NCBI GenBank assembly: GCA_965113315.1
Contig: OZ220376.1
Source: Podarcis vaucheri
Lineage: Eukaryota
Reading direction: 5' to 3' (one strand)
Length of the DNA stretch: 64,000 bases
Part shown: positions 57,001 to 64,000 of the stretch, one piece after another
Layout: every line of letters starts with the position of its first letter
Numbering within the stretch: the first letter of the stretch is position 1
Position numbers and translations under genes: made by a program
The notes under the pieces: model-generated
Told to the model about the DNA's origin: nothing
What the model saw: the letters and a program-made list of their open reading frames with translations, nothing else
Database searches by the model: none

Positions 57001-60000
57001 AGAAGGCTGGACTCTGCACACAGCCAAAGATTTACAGTATTGGCCCGAATATAAGCCGCCCTTTCCCCCCAATTTCGGACCCTGAAAAGTTAAAATGCAG
57101 CTTATATTGGAGTTTTTTTTTTTACCTTATGCTGCTGAAAGCAGCTGGGGAGCGTGTGTTTGGCGGGGGGGGGGGGTGCGCCTCCCAGCTAGTTGGCGGC
57201 GTGCACTCCCTAGCTGTTTGACGGGGTGGAGTGGCACGCCCACCTCCCAGCTGGTTGGCGGTGGGGGTGGAGCATTCGCACCACCAACCAGCAGGGAGGC
57301 GGGCACGCCACTCCCCCGCCCCCTGCCAAGCAGCTAGGGAGCATGCGCAGCCTCCCAGCTGGTTGGCGGTGCGCACACTCACTAGCTGGTTAGCCTGCGC
57401 ACGCTCCCCCCCGCCAAGCAGCTAGGGAGCACGCATACCGCCAACCAGCTACACAAGCCGGTGCTGGCGCTCAGCTCCGAGCATGCTCCGTGCCTGCCTT
57501 CTGGCACTACCGCCCTGAACAGGGGGTGGCTGGCACCAACACCTGTAAATAAACCTTGAATTTTAAGTGTGCAGCTTATATTTGGGCCAATACGGTACAG
57601 CGGTTAACTTAGTCTCCAACCATTTTGGGACAAGGGGCACATTTGGAGATAAAAGAAACTTGTGGACACCACCAAATACACATTCCACAGAGGAAAAACT
57701 GGTGGTATTCAGAAACAGCCCCATACACCTAAAAGGCAAAGCACAGACACCTAGAGACAAATAAAACACAGTAAAAACAACAACAAACTTCCTCCCACCA
57801 CAAAAACTAGGCAATCTCATCAAACAAAAAAAATGTAAATATAAATTAAAACATAAAAAGTGGGAGAGGGGGGCTGAGTGGGGTGCCTTAAGGCACTGTC
57901 ATACCCATGGGGAGGCAAGACTCGTCCTCTGCCAGGTTTACAAGATTTTTCACATTTGTATCCTGCCTAAGAATTCTGGTACACCTATTCTGAAAACATC
58001 ACTGGGTTAGCAAATGAAGAAACATGGTTCTTTTTCCCCACACACATTATCCCAACAAATATCACCATGAAACATTTCCATCCAGAAGGATACAGAGCTT
58101 CTCATCATCCTGAAAGGTGAAGTAGAGATTGACAAAGAAAGGGTGATCCAGGCAAGACATGATATCTTTCTCCCTATTCACGCACGGCACCTTGCCCTCT
58201 TTTATGATGTGGCGCTTCTCCAGAATTTTAACTTTTAAAAAGACAAATAAGTTACAACACACTTGGGAAATACACAGTGAAGCTGCAAACTCATCTGCTC
58301 TGCTTGACTATGAAGCTACACTTAGAAAGCAGCTTCCCACAAAAGCAGCAGCAGGCGTAACCTAGACTTCCTTTGGCTCCATTATGAGGACAGGACATCA
58401 TCCATCTAAAATCCACACCCTAATGAAGAAAGGGTTACTCACTGGCATATTCTCTGGAGGTAGACAATTCTCTGGCCAAGAAGACCTGTTAAATGGGAAA
58501 TAAGAACTGCCTTATGTTTTGCACGCAACTAAGATCCCACAAAAGGTCTCCAACCTACTGAGGGGGTGAGTGGAAAGGGGGAATTCCACCCATTGGAGCC
58601 CAGGCCCCCAAGGGACCATTGCTCTATCCACACCAGTTACATCAGCCAGTCTCATACACATTCCCAGCACTCCCTAAAGACAACATGTAGGAACAGTTCT
58701 GGCAGTTCTCCCAACTTCCTAGGGCAGATTTTTTTCTGGGGGGTGGGGGAGTGGGAGTCACTGCACTGGCCTTTGCTAGTGTGCTTGGTTAGTTGAATCT
58801 GGCCCTATATGTCCAGAAGGGAAGAGGCAAACCATCATTTTGTAAGAAGTCCTAAAATCCAGGAATCCTAAGGTACCCAAGAGGTTTTTTGTTTTTGATT
58901 TTGGGGGGGGGGCAGCTATAGCAAGCAATGACACATCACAGGGGTGGAGAGTCAAAACCTGCCAATGGAACATGTGCACAACAGCAGGGGTTCAATGAGG
59001 ACAGACAGAGGTGGTAACCTCATCTCACTAAAAGTCTGGTGTGAGACTGCAGGGGCCACAAGAGGACAAAAAGCACCAGAACAGTCAACAGCTGTGAACA
59101 TTATTTCTCTGACCTCCTGCAGAGCCAAGTAGAACCTTCCTCCGGGCAAGCGGGTGGGCAAAGTGCTTTCCTTAGAGAATGCTAAGTGGGGAGGGGAGGG
59201 GAGGGGAGGGGAGGGGAGGGGAGGGGAGAGAACTGTCTGAATGATACACAAAGGCCAAATGGCTGGCTTCTGCCATGACACTCCCAGAACCCACAGTTGC
59301 AGTAGATACTCACTGTTGAGAAAGACCCTTCGCCCAGAATCTTGACAAAGTTAAAGTCCTCTGGGCGTTTCTTTCGAGGCTGTGGAGGTTGCTGCAAGGA
59401 TTTTTCACTCCCCCTTGGCTCAGCCGTTGTGCCCTCCATGCTCAGTCCCTGCCTGCTGCCACAGGAAGCAGCAACAGGTGAAGGGCTGGGATCTGCCTGG
59501 TTCCTCACCATTGATGGTGATGGGCAGGAACATAAAACCACGCTGGACTGGATTGGAACAGCATCGTACTGAAGGAAAGAGAAAGAATGTACATGATGCT
59601 GCAGCTTGCAATCTATTAGCCACACATCCCCGTATACAAGTCGGAAATATGCCGAAGTTCAGGAGTGCTGCTCCCCACAAAAAGGGGGGGCTACAGGCAC
59701 CTACCGGTGATCATGGCAGCTATGCTACATTGCTGTGATTCCATAGATCAAGCATGTACAAAACACACAAAAATGGCCACCTCATGACCTGAATTTCAAG
59801 AGTCAAGAGTTGCCACCTTACTGCTTCACAAATAATTACTATTACTAATTACACACCCTTTACCCTAAGGTCCCAGCCTATACTTGAATCTATAAAAGCC
59901 AAAGTCTTTCAGATCACAGCAGGTCTTCAGAGATCTGAAGGCTAAAGGAATCCAACCCACAAAGTTTGGAAGCTGCCTGAAGAACTTGGTAAGTCTAACA

Positions 60001-63000
60001 CACACATCCAATTAGCTAGACAGAAACTGAAACAGTCTGAAACCATTTGGCGTTTTAATATTTGACACGCAAACTAGTGAAAAGAGCAGCTTACTCAAAT
60101 GAAATAATAATTCTGCAATTCATGGCTTTAAAATATCTTTACATAACCAAAGACACCAGAGACTCAAGATGGGACCCTCTGCATGAAAAGCAGGTACATT
60201 ACCTACTAACTTACAATTCCTCCACTATTTTATTACAATGTGCTCCTAGGACCTCTGGTCATTCTGTCATCTTACCGTAGAATAGTAGCCTCCAAACTAC
60301 ATTCTAATAATAATTATAAGAAACAGTAAATGTTTTTGACTGGAAGCTTAGCATATTGAGGACTGCTATAGTGAATGTATGGAATTGTGCTTCACTGATT
60401 GTTGGTGCCTGTTTTTTCATCGAAACACAGGAAACTACTGATACCAAGTCAGGCTAATTGGTCCATCTAATTCAGTATTGTTTACATTGAGAGGTATTCA
60501 AATATCCAAAGTCAAGCAGATTCCCCATTTATATCAGGAAGCTTTTCATTATCAACAAGTTCAACTTTCAGACTTTCCTTTAGACTCTTAACTTTAAGGA
60601 AATTAAATGAATGATTAATTCTTTCCTTCCTTCAGTGTTGCTATTTCTTCAGGTGAGAGGTTTATAAGATGTCAAGACTCCTCAGAAAACCCAAGTTTCC
60701 ACATCAGACTGGCTGAAACATTCCTATCCATTTGACATCGCCATTTCAATTTCCTCTGAACAGCTTATCAAGGTCTGCCATCTAGGTATGAATCCAGTTT
60801 CAGAGTAAAAATAGTGTTCCAGACTGAATAAATGAGCTAACTTGTAATGGGCCATGACTTTCATGGCTGCCTTACTATGTCCCACTTGCTCTTGCCAATG
60901 CCAAAGAAAAGTACCCAGGCCAGGTATGCGTAGGTTTGAAAGTGTTATAAAAATCCTGCTGACACATAGAATAGAAATACTATTGCCTTGATAACAGTTC
61001 CTCTACTTCTGTAGCTTATTACTTCTAACATGATTTTTAAAATGCACACACCCTTGTTACACTTACCCAGCAACTGAAATTTTATGCTGGTTTCAACCCC
61101 CACCTGAATTTTGAGTCCAGTCCATTATTTTCATTGTGTCAAAGGGTATATATCAGCAATAAACCACAGATAAAAAAGCATCAATATGGCATGAAGCTAA
61201 CTGCTTTTAATTAACTACAGTTGCTTTTATTAATCACTTCTGTTTTAACTGTTTTGTTTAGTTTTAAGAGGTTTAATGTGATTTTAATGGGATGATTATT
61301 TTATGATGCTTTATATTTAGAACAATTGTGTTCCAAGAGAAAATATACATAGCAGATAATTAAAAATAAACATAATAAATAAAGAACCTCCGGCTCTCTC
61401 AGGAGTCACAGCATGTGGTTGACTTGCCCAGGTAATGAGTTCTGTAGCCAGACAGATGGTATACAGTTACGCTGCTGCCGCCACTGATTACATCCAGCCT
61501 TGAGAAGTCTAGGATCACCAGTGAAATGCAAGTTTGTTTTGTAGCAGAATGATAACATTTTGGCAAGTACAGTATTTTATGCTCACAGCAAAGAGCAGGC
61601 AAACTGCCCCCTGATAATTACTTGCAAAGACATATATAATCCATGCCCTGGCAATATTTACAATGGAGCTTCTTCAGTATGGAACTTAACAGGTTGTGAA
61701 CAGGGCCTACAAATTTCAAGGCAGAGCCATCCCTGGATGCAGAAGCCCCATCATGTGGGATGCTAAAATCCAAGAAGCTAAGACAGCCTTCCTCAACCTG
61801 GTGCCCTTCTGATGCCTTGGACTATGATTTCAGCACAGCCATGCTGGGGGCTGCTAACGGGAATTGTAATAAAAATATGTGGAGGGTATCAGGCTCAGGA
61901 AGTTTGATCAAGGATGGTGTTACATCTGCCTATCTCTGGGGAACACAGGATAAGCAAGTGTACACTGTTTGCACACAATACATGATGCTAGGCACACACA
62001 AACTGCACAAGAAATCTGGAATCATTTTCACATTTAAGTCATTCTACAGTACTAAGAAAAGTCAAGTAAGCTGATGAAAGTGCAAAGGACACAGGCACAC
62101 CTGTTTGAAATCTGATGGTGGCATAAAGTTACACAATTCTGCAGAAAAGGCCATAAGTGTTACAGAACTTGTGGTTTGCATGTATAAAAATGTCAGGCTC
62201 TGCTCCATTCAGACTGAACTACTGTTGCCCAGCTCAGGGAATTATTGGTTGGATGAGTCATTGATTTGATTCAATACATTGTGGAGTCTTCTATGCCTCC
62301 TATGGCATATGTACTCATGGCTGGCATTTGCATTTTTAATTCTGCTGATAACAAGAGGTCATATGGGAACATCTACACTTCCTCAAACACATGTGACAAT
62401 AATGTGAGGACTGGGTAGCTGCCTGTCCTGTGCCAGTTTTCACCAGCTGATATGTATTTGTAAGTAAGTGGGAATAGGTTGGAGTTGGTGCCACAGAACA
62501 ATGGGCACTTTTTACTAAATGACACTAGAAACAGCCATGACAGTGGCCAACTGTGTCAATGAAACTACTGGGAAGAATGGCAATTACTCAAGAACTTTAA
62601 ATCAGGATGTGAAACAATTTTGAAGTAGAACAGGCTGAAAATGAACACCTCTGACAACAAGCATCAAAAGCTACACATATATTGAAAAAAGAAAAAATTC
62701 GCTCTACATCAGCACTTCCTAAGGATTGAGCATATTAGATCTCACCTCAGCTGTAAATCAACTGGGCATCCTTTGCATGACGTCTGCCTTACAGAATTGC
62801 TCCTTAACTAATATATAAGAATTTTCTTTGACCACTGGAAGATTCAGCTTTTCAATCCCTCAGGACTAGCAGGGCCCCCAAAACGGTGGGCCAAGGCGAC
62901 ACACTGCTCTATCGCTAATGGTAAGCCCGGAATGTAGCCGAAATCGCAACCTCCGTATCGCCCGCGACAGTCGGAGGCGCCAACACCCAATGCACACCGG

Positions 63001-63492
63001 AAGACGAGCTGCCCTCTCCGTTGCCGGCGGGGGAAGGAGGTGGAATTCCGAGGGCAAATGGGCGCGCCCCTCTCCGCCTAAGTGGGGCACTCACTTCACA
63101 GGGATCCCGCGCCGCTACGCAAAACAAGGCAGGCTCTGGCCGAGGCCTGCCTGCTTGTCCAGGTAAGACGACGGGAGGCCAAACACCGGGGGGGGGGGGA
63201 GGTCAGGGCCCGGCCGGCTCCTCCGCAGCTTTCGCTTCCGTGCTGTAGCCTGGGCCCCGCCCCTCTCCGGCCAGGATCCCAGGCTGACCCCGAGGCGCCT
63301 GCAGAGCCCCTGGCCAAGAGGAGACCCGGGGTCGGGGAGCGGCGAACCCCACCTTCTCTCCGCCAGAGGTCCCGCTCGCGCCGCGGCCTCCCGGAAGGCA
63401 GCGCAGGCCAAGCGGCCGCTCCTCTCCTCCCCTCGCCCCTTCCCCGCCGGCTCCCGCGCGGAGCTTACCAGGGGGCTGCCGGTGCTGGCCAT
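48080..63492 (-). CDS. PDPK1: 3-phosphoinositide-dependent protein kinase 1 (553 aa)
   Basis: Exons 63469-63492, 59314-59568, 58443-58485, 58094-58231, 56745-56889, 55892-55989, 55357-55432, 53959-54027, 53713-53809, 52660-52833, 50396-50619, 49862-49919, 48667-48819, 48080-48187 total 1662 nt. Motifs: [36 protein letters not shown], and the PH domain [20 protein letters not shown]. Confidence 0.98.
49588..49813. mobile_element. Tigger/mariner-like MITE, intact ends
   Basis: TA+CAGTGGTACCTCAGGTTA ... TAACCTGAGGTACCACTG+TA, a perfect 18-bp terminal inverted repeat. Confidence 0.92.
50956..51118. mobile_element. Short Tc2/pogo-like MITE
   Basis: TA+CTGTATTTTTTCGTGTATAAGAC ... GTCTTATACACGGAAAAATACGG+TA. 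Confidence 0.85.
54726..54943. mobile_element. Palindromic MITE with ~55-bp terminal inverted repeats
   Basis: AAGGGCTGTATTGGGACCTAGGCCTGGGTGATATATTGATATATTGCCCGGGACT ... AGTCCTGGGCAATATATTGATATATCGGCCAGGCCCAGGTCCCAATACAGCCCTT. Confidence 0.8.
56890..58093 (-). other. U12-type (minor spliceosome) GT-AG intron, PDPK1 intron 4
   Basis: 5' splice site GTATCCTT (58093-58086). Branch site TCCTTAAC (56908-56901) lies ~11 nt before the acceptor, with no pyrimidine tract. Confidence 0.93.
57035..57595. mobile_element. Tc2/pogo-like MITE with GC-rich internal repeats
   Basis: TA+CAGTATTGGCCCGAATATAAGCCGC ... GCAGCTTATATTTGGGCCAATACGG+TA; internal CCCAGCTGGTTGGCGG repeats. Confidence 0.85.
59187..59227. 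repeat. (GGGGA)n pentanucleotide repeat, G-quadruplex-capable
   Basis: About 8 G4 runs separated by single A bases, seen directly. Confidence 0.9.
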
Positions 63493-64000
63493 GGGCGCGG
63501 GCTGCTCGTCCGTCTGCCCGCCCTCCGAGCGAGCGAACGACTCGGCCGCGCTCCAACCAGAGAGTCCGACCCAATGGGACGCCCGCGTCCTCCGTGAATG
63601 ACGTCGGCCACAACAATGCCCTCTTCCGCTAGGGGAGGGCGGGACTTCCGTCCGCCTCCCTTCAGCACTGGATGGGCGCCGAGGCACTCAGCCACGTCTC
63701 GTCGGCTCACGCGAGACTGTCTTGCGCTTGCGCCAAAGAAGCCGGGCGGAGTGCGGGGGGCGAGTAGAAAGAGCAGCAGGTCAGCTGACCAGCCGGCTCC
63801 GCGGGAAGCGGGAGTGAAGCAATGCGCCACGCCCACTCGCTTTACCCACAACGCCTCTGGTTCGCCTCCAACCGCCGTTTCCCGTGATGCACTACTCCCC
63901 TCTTTCGACGGTGGCAAACCGAAGGGGGAGAGCTGTTCGGTAGAGAGGCTGCCTGGGGACGCCTCCCGCGGATGACCCGGAGCCAGCTGGCTTGCTGGCT
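62880..64000 (-). promoter_or_regulatory. CpG island / promoter of PDPK1
   Basis: High CpG density around exon 1; CCAAT at 63571, TGACGTC at 63599-63605, and GC-box and ETS (ACTTCCG) motifs at ~63635-63650. Confidence 0.88.

Noticed and set aside
48080-63492. PDPK1 as a pseudogene because of its N-lobe divergence
   Set aside because: All 14 exons, splice sites, frame, catalytic residues, activation-loop Ser and PH domain are intact.
63598-63975. Plus-strand 125-aa ORF divergent from PDPK1
   Set aside because: No recognisable protein similarity; likely a CpG-island artefact, although a divergent gene may start beyond the window.

Overview
Eukaryotic (vertebrate) genomic DNA. The repeat content (tRNA-derived SINEs, CR1, L2 and L1 remnants, Tc1/mariner-superfamily MITEs) suggests a squamate reptile, probably a lacertid lizard; this is an inference. 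I reconstructed five complete spliced genes by hand from splice sites and reading frame: GNPTG (-, 11 coding exons), TSR3 (+, 5), UBE2I (-, 6 coding plus 1 non-coding), KCTD5 (-, 6) and PDPK1 (-, 14). The last coding exon of a sixth gene (+, 2402-2515) is present but I could not name it. There are four CpG-island promoters, one shared head-to-head by GNPTG and TSR3. The most interesting observations are (i) a set of candidate alternative C-terminal exons in the last KCTD5 intron, the best being a stop-carrying cassette encoding an acidic tail [14 protein letters not shown]; (ii) a cluster of substitutions in the PDK1 kinase N-lobe, including Y126C and R131K (human numbering), next to a fully conserved exon; (iii) a U12-type intron in PDPK1 that carries a MITE; (iv) a nested L2/solo-LTR/SINE stack just upstream of KCTD5; and (v) a gene order that differs from human 16p13.3. 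I found no prokaryotic-type system (CRISPR, operon, phage). Comparisons with human proteins and gene order are from memory and need alignment to confirm.
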